Shown: piece after piece, positions 1 to 10,236 of the stretch | How the letters are laid out: each line of letters opens with the position of its first letter | Numbering within the stretch: the stretch's first letter is position 1 | NCBI GenBank assembly: GCA_964016885.1 | Contig: CAXHJY010000037.1 | Coordinates: 1 to 16,000 of the forward strand | Direction of reading: 5' to 3' | From: Eledone cirrhosa | Taxonomy: Eukaryota | Length of the DNA stretch: 16,000 nucleotides | Made by a program: the position numbers and the translations under genes | Notes under the pieces: generated by a model | What the model saw: only the letters and a program-made list of their open reading frames with translations | Told to the model about the DNA's origin: nothing | The model's database searches: none

Positions 1-2535
1 TGTTGGCATTGTTGTTGTTGGTGGTGGTGGTGTTGGCATTGTTGTTGTTGGTGGTGGTGGTGTTGGCATTGTTGTTGGTGGTGGTGGTGGTGGTGTTGGC
101 ATTGTTGTTGGTGGTGGTGGTGGTGTTGGCATTGTTGTTGTTGGTGGTGGTGGTGTTGGCATTGTTGTTGTTGGTGGTGGTGGTGTTGGCATTGTTGTTG
201 GTGGTGGTGGTGGTGTTGGCATTGTTGTTGTTGGTGGTGGTGGTGTTGGCATTGTTGTTGGTGGTGGTGGTGGTGTTGGCATTGTTGTTGTTGGTGGTGG
301 TGGTGTTGGCATTGTTGTTGGTGGTGGTGGTGGTGTTGGCATTGTTGTTGTTGGTGGTGGTGGTGTTGGCATTGTTGTTGTTGGTGGTGGTGGTGTTGGC
401 ATTGTTGTTGGTGGTGGTGGTGGTGTTGGCATTGTTGTTGGTGTTGTTGGTGGTGTTGGCATTGTTGTTGTTGGTGGTGGTGGTGTTGGCATTGTTGTTG
501 TTGGTGGTGGTGGTGTTGGCATTGTTGTTGGTGGTGGTGGTGGTGTTGGCATTGTTGTTGGTGTTGTTGGTGGTGTTGGCATTGTTGTTGTTGGTGGTGG
601 TGGTGTTGGCATTGTTGTTGTTGGTGGTGGTGGTGTTGGCATTGTTGTTGTTGGTGGTGGTGGTGTTGGCATTGTTGTTGGTGGTGGTGGTGGTGTTGGC
701 ATTGTTGTTGGTGGTGGTGGTGGTGTTGGCATTGTTGTTGTTGGTGGTGGTGGTGTTGGCATTGTTGTTGGTGGTGGTGGTGGTGTTGGCATTGTTGTTG
801 TTGGTGGTGGTGGTGTTGGCATTGTTGTTGTTGGTGGTGGTGGTGTTGGCATTGTTGTTGGTGGTGGTGGTGGTGTTGGCATTGTTGTTGGTGTTGTTGG
901 TGGTGTTGGCATTGTTGTTGTTGGTGGTGGTGGTGTTGGCATTGTTGTTGTTGGTGGTGGTGGTGTTGGCATTGTTGTTGTTGGTGGTGGTGGTGTTGGC
1001 ATTGTTGTTGGTGGTGGTGGTGGTGTTGGCATTGTTGTTGGTGGTGGTGGTGGTGTTGGCATTGTTGTTGTTGGTGGTGGTGGTGTTGGCATTGTTGTTG
1101 GTGGTGGTGGTGGTGTTGGCATTGTTGTTGTTGGTGGTGGTGGTGTTGGCATTGTTGTTGTTGGTGGTGGTGGTGTTGGCATTGTTGTTGGTGGTGGTGG
1201 TGGTGTTGGCATTGTTGTTGGTGGTGGTGGTGGTGTTGGCATTGTTGTTGTTGTTGGTGGTGGTGGTGTTGGCATTGTTGTTGTTGGTGGTGGTGGTGTT
1301 GGCATTGTTGTTGGTGGTGGTGGTGGTGTTGGCATTGTTGTTGGTGGTGGTGGTGGTGTTGGCATTGTTGTTGGTGTTGTTGGTGGTGTTGGCATTGTTG
1401 TTGTTGGTGGTGGTGGTGTTGGCATTGTTGTTGTTGGTGGTGGTGGTGTTGGCATTGTTGTTGTTGGTGGTGGTGGTGTTGGCATTGTTGTTGGTGGTGG
1501 TGGTGGTGTTGGCATTGTTGTTGGTGGTGGTGGTGGTGTTGGCATTGTTGTTGTTGGTGGTGGTGGTGTTGGCATTGTTGTTGGTGGTGGTGGTGGTGTT
1601 GGCATTGTTGTTGTTGGTGGTGGTGGTGTTGGCATTGTTGTTGTTGGTGGTGGTGGTGTTGGCATTGTTGTTGGTGGTGGTGGTGGTGTTGGCATTGTTG
1701 TTGGTGGTGGTGGTGGTGTTGGCATTGTTGTTGTTGTTGGTGGTGGTGGTGTTGGCATTGTTGTTGTTGGTGGTGGTGGTGTTGGCATTGTTGTTGGTGG
1801 TGGTGGTGGTGTTGGCATTGTTGTTGTTGGTGGTGGTGGTGTTGGCATTGTTGTTGGTGGTGGTGGTGGTGTTGGCATTGTTGTTGGTGGTGGTGGTGGT
1901 GTTGGCATTGTTGTTGGTGGTGGTGGTGGTGTTGGCATTGTTGTTGTTGGTGGTGGTGGTGTTGGCATTGTTGTTGTTGGTGGTGGTGGTGTTGGCATTG
2001 TTGTTGGTGGTGGTGGTGGTGTTGGCATTGTTGTTGTTGGTGGTGGTGGTGTTGGCATTGTTGTTGGTGGTGGTGGTGGTGTTGGCATTGTTGTTGTTGG
2101 TGGTGGTGGTGTTGGCATTGTTGTTGGTGGTGGTGGTGGTGTTGGCATTGTTGTTGTTGGTGGTGGTGGTGTTGGCATTGTTGTTGGTGGTGGTGGTGGT
2201 GTTGGCATTGTTGTTGTTGGTGGTGGTGGTGTTGGCATTGTTGTTGTAGGTGGTGGTGGTGTTGGCATTGTTGTTGGTGGTGGTGGTGGTGTTGGCATTG
2301 TTGTTGGTGTTGTTGGTGGTGTTGGCATTGTTGTTGTTGGTGGTGGTGGTGTTGGCATTGTTGTTGTTGGTGGTGGTGGTGTTGGCATTGTTGTTGTTGG
2401 TGGTGGTGGTGTTGGCATTGTTGTTGTTGGTGGTGGTGGTGTTGGCATTGTTGTTGGTGGTGGTGGTGGTGGTGTTGGCATTGTTGTTGGTGGTGGTGGT
2501 GTTGGCATTGTTGTTGGTGGTGGTGGTGTTGGCAT
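1..2535 (-). CDS. Putative internal fragment of a Pro/Thr-rich mucin-like or extensin-like repeat protein, (MPTPPPPTTT / MPTPPPPPTT / MPTPPTTPTT)n, 845 codons, open at both ends
   Basis: The reverse complement of the unit reads ATG CCA ACA CCA CCA CCA CCA ACA ACA ACA. In 1-2535 every unit is 27, 30 or 33 bp, so the frame is never broken, and the one rare substitution (T>A at 2248) is silent (CCA>CCT, Pro). No gene start, stop, splice site or non-repeat domain is visible. Openness is trivial for this composition, so coding status is inference. Confidence 0.35.
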   Translation of the reverse strand, partial: MPTPPPPTTMPTPPPPTTMPTPPPPPPTTMPTPPPPTTTMPTPPPPTTTMPTPPPPTTTMPTPPPPTTTMPTPPTTPTTMPTPPPPPTTMPTPPPPTTTMPTPPPPTTTMPTPPPPPTTMPTPPPPTTTMPTPPPPPTTMPTPPPPTTTMPTPPPPPTTMPTPPPPTTTMPTPPPPPTTMPTPPPPTTTMPTPPPPTTTMPTPPPPPTTMPTPPPPPTTMPTPPPPPTTMPTPPPPTTTMPTPPPPPTTMPTPPPPTTTMPTPPPPTTTTMPTPPPPPTTMPTPPPPPTTMPTPPPPTTTMPTPPPPTTTMPTPPPPPTTMPTPPPPTTTMPTPPPPPTTMPTPPPPPTTMPTPPPPTTTMPTPPPPTTTMPTPPPPTTTMPTPPTTPTTMPTPPPPPTTMPTPPPPPTTMPTPPPPTTTMPTPPPPTTTTMPTPPPPPTTMPTPPPPPTTMPTPPPPTTTMPTPPPPTTTMPTPPPPPTTMPTPPPPTTTMPTPPPPPTTMPTPPPPPTTMPTPPPPTTTMPTPPPPTTTMPTPPPPTTTMPTPPTTPTTMPTPPPPPTTMPTPPPPTTTMPTPPPPTTTMPTPPPPPTTMPTPPPPTTTMPTPPPPPTTMPTPPPPPTTMPTPPPPTTTMPTPPPPTTTMPTPPPPTTTMPTPPTTPTTMPTPPPPPTTMPTPPPPTTTMPTPPPPTTTMPTPPTTPTTMPTPPPPPTTMPTPPPPTTTMPTPPPPTTTMPTPPPPPTTMPTPPPPTTTMPTPPPPPTTMPTPPPPTTTMPTPPPPPTTMPTPPPPTTTMPTPPPPTTTMPTPPPPPTTMPTPPPPPPTTMPTPPPPTTTMPTPPPPTTTMPT
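548..1813. repeat. Higher-order repeat: 11-unit block C-A-A-A-B-B-A-B-A-A-B (330 bp) in three copies
   Basis: Typed unit by unit, with C = CAT TGT2 TGG TGT2 TGG2 TGT TGG. Copies are at 548-877, 878-1207 and 1361-1690. The second and third copies extend identically through B, a 33-bp unit, A and B (878-1330 = 1361-1813, offset 483 bp). Confidence 0.85.
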
Positions 2536-5404
2536 GGTGTTGTTGGTGGTGGTGGTGTTGGCATTGTTGTTGTTGGTGGTGGTGGTGTTGGCATTGTTGT
2601 TGTTGGTGGTGGTGGTGTTGGCATTGTTGTTGTTGGTGGTGGTGGTGTTGGCATTGTTGTTGGTGGTGGTGGTGGTGTTGGCATTGTTGTTGTTGGTGGT
2701 GGTGGTGTTGGCATTGTTGTTGTTGGTGGTGGTGGTGTTGGCATTGTTGTTGGTGGTGGTGGTGGTGGTGTTGGCATTGTTGTTGGTGGTGGTGGTGTTG
2801 GCATTGTTGGTGGTGGTGGTGGTGTTGGCATTGTTGTTGTTGGTGGTGGTGGTGTTGGCATTGTTGTTGTTGGTGTGGTGGTGTTGGCATTGTTGTTGGT
2901 GGTGTGGTGGTGTTGTTGTTGTTGGTGGTGTTGGCATTGTTGTTGTTGGTGGTGGTGTGTTGGCATTGTTGTTGTTGGTGGTGGTGGTGTTGGCATTGTT
3001 GTTGGTGGTGGTGGTGTTGGCATTGTTGTGTTGGTGGTGGTGGTGTTGCATTGTTGTTGGTGTGTTGGTGGTGTTGGCATTGTTGTTGTTGGTGGTGGTG
3101 GTGTTGGCATTGTTGTTGTTGGTGGTGGTGGTGTTGGCATTGTTGTTGGTGGTGGTGGTGGTGTTGTTGTTGGTGGTGGTGTTGGCATTGTTGTTGTTGG
3201 TGGTGGTGGTGTTGGCATTGTTGTTGTTGGTGGTGGTGGTGTTGGCATTGTTGTTGGTGGTGGTGGTGTTGGCATTGTTGTTGGTGGTGGTGGTGGTGTT
3301 GGCATTGTTGTTGGTGTTGTTGTGGTGTTGTTGTTGGTGGTGGTGGTGTTGGCATTGTTGTTGTTGGTGGTGGTGTGTTGGCATTGTTGTTGTTGGTGGT
3401 GGTGGTGTTGGCATTGTTGTTGTTGGTGGTGGTGGTGTTGGCATTGTTGTTGGTGGTGGTGGTGTTGGCATTGTTGTTGTTGGTGGTGGTGTTGGCATTG
3501 TTGTTGGTGTTGTTGGTGGTGTTGTTGTTGGTGGTGGTGGTGTTGGCATTGTTGTTGTTGGTGGTGGTGGTGTTGGCATTGTTGTTGTTGGTGTGGTGGT
3601 GTTGTTGTTGGTGGTGGTGTTGGCATTGTTGTTGTTGGTGGTGGTGGTGTTGGCATTGTTGTTGTTGGTGGTGGTGGTGTTGGCATTGTTGTTGTTGGTG
3701 GTGGTGGTGTTGCATTGTTGTTGGTGGTGGTGGTGTTGGCATTGTTGTTGTTGGTGGTGGTGGTGTTGGCATTGTTGTTGGTGTTGTTGGTGTGTTGTTG
3801 TTGGTGGTGGTGGTGTTGGCATTGTTGTTGTTGGTGGTGGTGGTGTTGGCATTGTTGTTGTTGGTGGTGGTGGTGTTGTTGTTGGTGGTGGTGTTGGCAT
3901 TGTTGTTGTTGGTGGTGGTGTGTTGGCATTGTTGTTGTTGGTGGTGGTGTTGTTGTTGGTGGTGTGTTGGCATTGTTGTTGTTGTTGGTGGTGGTGTTGG
4001 CATTGTTGTTGTTGGTGGTGGTGGTGTTGGCATTGTTGTTGTTGGTGGTGGTGGTGTTGGCATTGTTGTTGGTGGTGGTGGGTGTTGGCATTGTTGTTGT
4101 TGGTGGTGGTGGTGTTGGCATTGTGTGTTGGTGTGTTGGTGGTGTTGTTGTTGGTGGTGGTGGTGTTGGCATTGTTGTTGTTGGTGGTGGTGGTGTTGGC
4201 ATTGTTGTTGTTGGTGGTGGTGGTGTTGTTGTTGTGGTGGTGTTGGCATTGTTGTTGTTGGTGGTGGTGGTGTTGGCATTGTTGTTGTTGGTGGTGGTGG
4301 TGTTGGCATTGTTGTTGTTGGTGGTGGTGGTGTTGTTGTTGGTGGTGGTGTTGGCATTGTTGTTGTTGGTGGTGGTGGTGTTGGCATTGTTGTTGGTGGT
4401 GGTGGTGGTGTTGGCATTGTTGTTGTTGGTGGCGGTGGTGTTGGCATTGTTGTTGGTGGTGGTGGTGGTGTTGGCATTGTTGTTGTTGGTGGTGGGTGGT
4501 GTTGGCATTGTTGTTGTTGGTGGTGGTGGTGTTGGCATTGTTGTTGGTGGTGGTGGTGGTGTTGGCATTGTTGTTGTTGGTGGTGGTGGTGTTGGCATTG
4601 TTTTTGGTGGTGGTGGTGGTGTTGGCATTGTTGTTGTTGGTGGTGGTGGTGTTGGCATTGTTGTTGGTGGTGGTGGTGGTGTTGGCATTGTTGTTGTGGT
4701 GGTGGTGGTGTTGGCATTGTTGTTGGTGGTGGTGGTGGTGTTGGCATTGTTGTTGGTGGTGGTGGTGGTGTTGGCATTGTTGTTGTTGGTGGTGGTGGTG
4801 TTGGCATTGTTGTTGGTGGTGGTGGTGGTGTTGGCATTGTTGTTGTTGGTGGTGGTGGTGTTGGCATTGTTGTTGTTGGTGGTGGTGGTGTTGGCATTGT
4901 TGTTGTTGGTGGTGGTGGTGTTGGCATTGTTGTTGTTGGTGGTGGTGGTGTTGGCATTGTTGTTGGTGGTGGTGGTGGTGTTGGCATTGTTGTGGTGGTG
5001 GGTGGTGGTGGTGTTGGCATTGTTGTTGTTGGTGGTGGTGGTGTTGGCATTGTTGTTGTTGGTGGTGGTGGTGTTGGCATTGTTGTTGGTGGTGGTGGTG
5101 GTGTTGGCATTGTTGTTGGTGGTGGTGGTGGTGTTGGCATTGTTGTTGTTGGTGGTGGTGGTGTTGGCATTGTTGTTGTTGGTGGTGGTGGTGTTGGCAT
5201 TGTTGTTGTTGGTGGTGGTGGTGTTGGCATTGTTGTTGTTGGTGGTGGTGGTGTTGGCATTGTTGTTGTTGGTGGTGGTGGTGTTGGCATTGTTGTTGGT
5301 GGTGGTGGTGGTGTTGGCATTGTTGTTGTTGGTGGTGGTGGTGTTGGCATTGTTGTTGGTGGTGGTGGTGGTGTTGGCATTGTTGTTGGTGGTGGTGGTG
5401 TGTT

Positions 5405-5822
5405 GGCATTGTTGTTGTTGGTGGTGGTGGTGTTGGCATTGTTGTTGGTGGTGGTGGTGGTGTTGGCATTGTTGTTGTTGGTGGTGGTGGTGTTGGCATT
5501 GTTGTTGTTGGTGGCGGTGGTGTTGGCATTGTTGTTGGTGGTGGTGGTGGTGTTGGCATTGTTGTTGGTGGTGGTGGTGGTGTTGGCATTGTTGTTGGTG
5601 GTGGTGGTGGTGTTGGCATTGTTGTTGTTGGTGGTGGTGGTGTTGGCATTGTTGTTGGTGGTGGTGGTGGTGTTGGCATTGTTGTTGTTGGTGGTGGTGG
5701 TGTTGGCATTGTTGTTGTTGGTGGCGGTGGTGTTGGCATTGTTGTTGGTGGTGGTGGTGGTGTTGGCATTGTTGTTGGTGTGGTGGTGGTGTTGCATTGT
5801 TGTTGGTGGTGGTGGTGGTGTT
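5405..5822. repeat. 7-unit (210 bp) tandem duplication A-B-A-A*-B-B-B marked by a TGG>CGG variant
   Basis: The diagnostic C occurs at 5515 and 5725, exactly 210 bp apart, with the same order of unit types around each. Confidence 0.8.
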
Positions 5823-6633
5823 GGCATTGTTGTTGTTGGTGGTGGTGGTGTTGGCATTGTTGTTGGTGGTGGTGGTGGTGTTGGCATTGTTGTTGTTGGT
5901 GGTGGTGGTGTTGGCATTGTTGTTGTTGGTGGTGGTGGTGTTGGCATTGTTGTTGTTGGTGGTGGTGGTGTTGGCATTGTTGTTGGTGGTGGTGGTGGTG
6001 TTGGCATTGTTGTTGTTGGTGGTGGTGGTGTTGGCATTGTTGTTGTTGGTGGTGGTGGTGTTGGCATTGTTGTTGTTGGTGGTGGTGGTGTTGGCATTGT
6101 TGTTGTGGTGGTGGTGGTGTTGGCATTGTTGTGGTGGTGTGGTGGTGTTGGCATTGTTGTTGTTGGTGGTGGTGGTGTTGGCATTGTTGTTGGTGGTGGT
6201 GGTGGTGTTGGCATTGTTGTTGTTGGTGGTGGTGGTTGTTGGCATTGTTGTTGTTGGTGGTGGTGGTGTTGGCATTGTTGTTGTTGGTGGTGGTGGTGTT
6301 GGCATTGTTGTTGTTGGTGGTGGTGGTGTTGGCATTGTTGTTGTTGGTGGTGGTGGTGTTGGCATTGTTGTTGGTGGTGGTGGTGGTGTTGGCATTGTTG
6401 TTGTTGGTGGTGGTGGTGTTGGCACTGTTGTTGTTGGTGGTGGTGGTGTTGGCATTGTTGTTGTTGGTGGTGGTGGTGTTGGCACTGTTGTTGTTGGTGG
6501 TGGTGGTGTTGGCATTGTTGTTGTTGGTGGTGGTGGTGTTGGCATTGTTGTTGTTGGTGGTGGTGGTGGTGTTGGCATTGTTGTTGTTGGTGGTGGTGGT
6601 GTTGGCATTGTTGTTGTTGGTGGTGGTGGTGTT

Positions 6634-6825
6634 GGCACTGTTGTTGTTGGTGGTGGTGGTGTTGTTGTTGGTGGTGGTGTTGGTGTTGGTGTTGTTGGTG
6701 GTGGTGGTGTTGTTGTTGGTGGTGGTGTTGGCATTGTTGTTGTTGGTGGTGGTGGTGTTGTTGTTGGTGGTGGTGTTGGCATTGTTGTTGTTGGTGGTGG
6801 TGGTGTTGTTGTTGGTGGTGGTGTT
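6634..6825. repeat. Run of four 48-bp periods (CAT TGT3 TGG4 TGT3 TGG3 TGT TGG family)
   Basis: Anchors are at 6634, 6730, 6778 and 6826 (96, 48 and 48 bp apart). The 96-bp interval is two 48-mers in which the middle CAT TGT is replaced by TGT TGG. Confidence 0.8.
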
Positions 6826-9800
6826 GGCATTGTTGTTGTTGGTGGTGGTGTTGGCATTGTTGTTGTTGGTGGTGGTGGTGTTGGCATTGTTGTGGTGGTG
6901 GTGGTGGTGTTGGCATTGTTGTTGTTGGTGGTGGTGGTGTTGGCATTGTTGTTGTTGTGGTGGTGGTGTTGGCATTGTTGTTGTTGGTGGTGGTGGTGTT
7001 GGCATTGTTGTTGTTGGTGGTGGTGGTGTTGGCATTGTTGTTGTTGGTGGTGGTGGTGTTGGCATTGTTGTTGGTGGTGGTGGTGGTGTTGGCATTGTTG
7101 TTGTTGGTGGTGGTGGTGTTGGCATTGTTGTTGTTGGTGGTGGTGGTGTTGTTGTTGGTGGTGGTGTTGGCATTGTTGTTGTTGGTGGTGGTGGTGTTGT
7201 TGTTGGTGGTGGTGTTGGCATTGTTGTGGTGGTGGTGGGTGGTGTTGGCATTGTTGTTGTTGGTGGTGGTGGTGTTGGCATTGTTGTTGTTGGTGGTGGT
7301 GGTGTTGGCATTGTTGTTGTTGGTGGTGGTGGTGTTGGCATTGTTGTTGTTGGTGGTGGTGGTGTTGGCATTGTTGTTGGTGGTGGTGGTGGTGTTGGCA
7401 TTGTTGTTGTTGGTGGTGGTGGTGTTGGCATTGTTGTTGTTGGTGGTGGTGTTGTTGTTGGTGGTGTTGGCATTGTTGTTGGTGGTGGTGGTGGTGTTGT
7501 TGGTGGTGGTGTTGGCATTGTTGTTGGTGGTGGTGTTGGCATTGTTGTTGTTGGTGGTGGTGGTGTTGTTGTTGGTGGTGGTGTTGGCATTGTTGTTGTT
7601 GGTGGTGGTGGTGTTGGCATTGTTGTTGTTGGTGGTGGTGGTGTTGGCATTGTTGTTGGTGGTGGTGGTGGTGTTGGCATTGTTGTTGTTGGTGGTGGTG
7701 GTGTTGGCATTGTTGTTGTTGTGTGGTGGTGTTGTTGTTGGTGGTGTGTTGGCATTGTTGTTGGTGGTGGTGTTGGCATTGTTGTTGTTGGTGGTGGTGG
7801 TGTTGTTGTTGGTGGTGGTGGTGTTGGCATTGTTGTTGTTGGTGGTGGTGGTGTTGGCATTGTTGTTGTTGGTGGTGGTGGTGTTGGCATTGTTGTTGGT
7901 GGTGGTGGTGGTGTTGGCATTGTTGTTGTGGTGGTGGTGGTGTTGGCATTGTTGTTGTTGGTGGTGGTGGTGTTGGCATTGTTGTTGTTGGTGGTGGTGG
8001 TGTTGGCATTGTTGTTGTTGGTGGTGGTGGTGTTGGCATTGTTGTTGTTGGTGGTGGTGGTGTTGGCATTGTTGTTGGTGGTGGTGGTGGTGTTGGCATT
8101 GTTGTTGTTGGTGGTGGTGGTGTTGGCATTGTTGTTGTTGGTGGTGTGGTGGTGTTGTGTTGTGTGGTGGTGTTGGCATTGTTGTTGTGGTGTGGTGGTG
8201 TTGTTGTTGGTGGTGGTGTTGGCATTGTTGTTGTTGGTGGTGGTGGTGTTGCATTGTTGTTGTTGGTGGTGGTGGTGTTGGCATTGTTGTTGTGGTGGTG
8301 GTGGTGTTGGCATTGTTGTTGTTGGTGGTGGTGGTGTTGGCATTGTTGTTGTTGGTGGTGGTGGTGTTGGCATTGTTGTTGGTGGTGGTGGTGGTGTTGC
8401 ATTGTTGTTGTTGGTGGTGGTGGTGTTGGCATTGTTGTTGTTGGTGGTGGTGGTGTTGTTGTTGTGGTGGTGTTGGCATTGTTGTTGGTGGTGGTGTTGG
8501 CATTGTTGTTGTTGGTGGTGGTGGTGTTGGCATTGTTGTTGTTGGTGGTGGTGGTGTTGGCATTGTTGTTGTGGTGGTGGTGGTGTTGGCATTGTTGTTG
8601 TTGGTGGTGGTGGTGTTGGCATTGTTGTTGTTGGTGGTGGTGGTGTTGGCATTGTTGTTGTTGGTGGTGGTGGTGTTGGCATTGTTGTTGTTGGTGGTGG
8701 TGGTGTGTTGTTGTTGGTGGTGGTGTTGGCATTGTTGTTGTGGTGGTGGTGTTGGCATTGTTGTTGTTGGTGGTGGTGGTGTTGGCATTGTTGTTGTTGG
8801 TGGTGGTGGTGTTGGCATTGTTGTTGGTGGTGGTGGTGGTGTTGGCATTGTTGTTGTTGGTGGTTGTGGTGTTGGCATTGTTGTTGTTGGTGGTGGTGGT
8901 GTTGTTGTTGGTGGTGGTGTTGGCATTGTTGTTGTGTGGTGGTGTTGGCATGTTGTTGTTGGTGGTGGTGGTGTTGTTGTTGGTGGTGGTGTTGGCATTG
9001 TTGTTGTTGGTGGTGGTGGTGTTGGCATTGTTGTTGGTGGTGGTGGTGGTGTTGGCATTGTTGTTGTTGGTGGTGGTGGTGTTGGCATTGTTGTTGTTGG
9101 TGGTGGTGGTGTTGGCATTGTTGTTGTTGGTGGTGGTGGTGTTGTTGTTGGTGGTGGTGTTGGCATTGTTGTTGTTGGTGGTGGTGGTGTTGGCATTGTT
9201 GTTGGTGGTGGTGGTGGTGTTGGCATTGTTGTTGGTGGTGGTGGTGTTGGCATTGTTGTTGGTGGTGGTGGTGGTGTTGGCATTGTTGTTGTTGGTGGTG
9301 GTGGTGTTGGCATTGTTGTTGTTGGTGGTGGTGGTGTTGGCATTGTTGTTGTTGGTGGTGGTGTTGTTGTTGGTGTGGTGTTGGCATTGTTGTTGTTGGT
9401 GGTGGTGGTGTTGTTGTTGGTGGTGGTGTTGGCATTGTTGTTGTTGTGGTGGTGGTGTTGGCATTGTTGTTGGTGGTGGTGGTGGTGTTGGCATTGTTGT
9501 TGTTGGTGGTGGTGGTGTTGGCATTGTTGTTGTTGGTGGTGGTGGTGTTGGCATTGTTGTTGTTGGTGGTGGTGGTGTTGGCATTGTTGTTGGTGGTGGT
9601 GGTGGTGTTGGCATTGTTGTTGTTGGTGGTGGTGGTGTTGGCATTGTTGTTGGTGGTGGTGGTGGTGTTGGCATTGTTGTTGTTGGTGGTGGTGTGTTGG
9701 CATTGTTGTTGTTGGTGGTGGTGGTGTTGGCATTGTTGTTGTTGGTGGTGGTGGTGTTGGCATTGTTGTTGTTGGTGGTGGTGGTGTTGGCATTGTTGTT

Positions 9801-10236
9801 GGTGGTGGTGGTGGTGTTGGCATTGTTGTTGTTGTGGTGGTGGTGTTGGCATTGTTGTTGGTGGTGGTGGTGGTGTTGGCATTGTTGTTGTTGGTGGTGG
9901 TGTGTTGGCATTGTTGTTGTTGGTGGTGGTGGTGTTGGCATTGTTGTTGTTGTTGGTGGTGGTGTTGGCATTGTTGTTGGTGGTGGTGGTGGTGTTGGCA
10001 TTGTTGTTGTTGGTGGTGGTGGTGTTGGCATTGTTGTTGGTGGTGGTGGTGGTGTTGGCATTGTTGTTGTTGGTGGTGGTGTTGTTGGCATTGTTGTTGT
10101 TGGTGGTGGTGGTGTTGGCATTGTTGTTGTTGTTGGTGGTGGTGTTGGCATTGTTGTTGTTGGTGGTGGTGGTGTTGGCATTGTTGTTGTTGGTGGTGGT
10201 GGTGTTGGCATTGTTGTTGGTGGTGGTGGTGGTGTT

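Noticed and set aside
3-2249. Supplied + strand ORF of 748 aa (LALLLLVVVV repeats)
   Set aside because: The repeat cannot form stops, the start is an arbitrary TTG at the window edge, and the end is a single T>A variant (TAG at 2247-2249). An uninterrupted Leu/Val/Ala polymer with no polar residues is not a credible protein.
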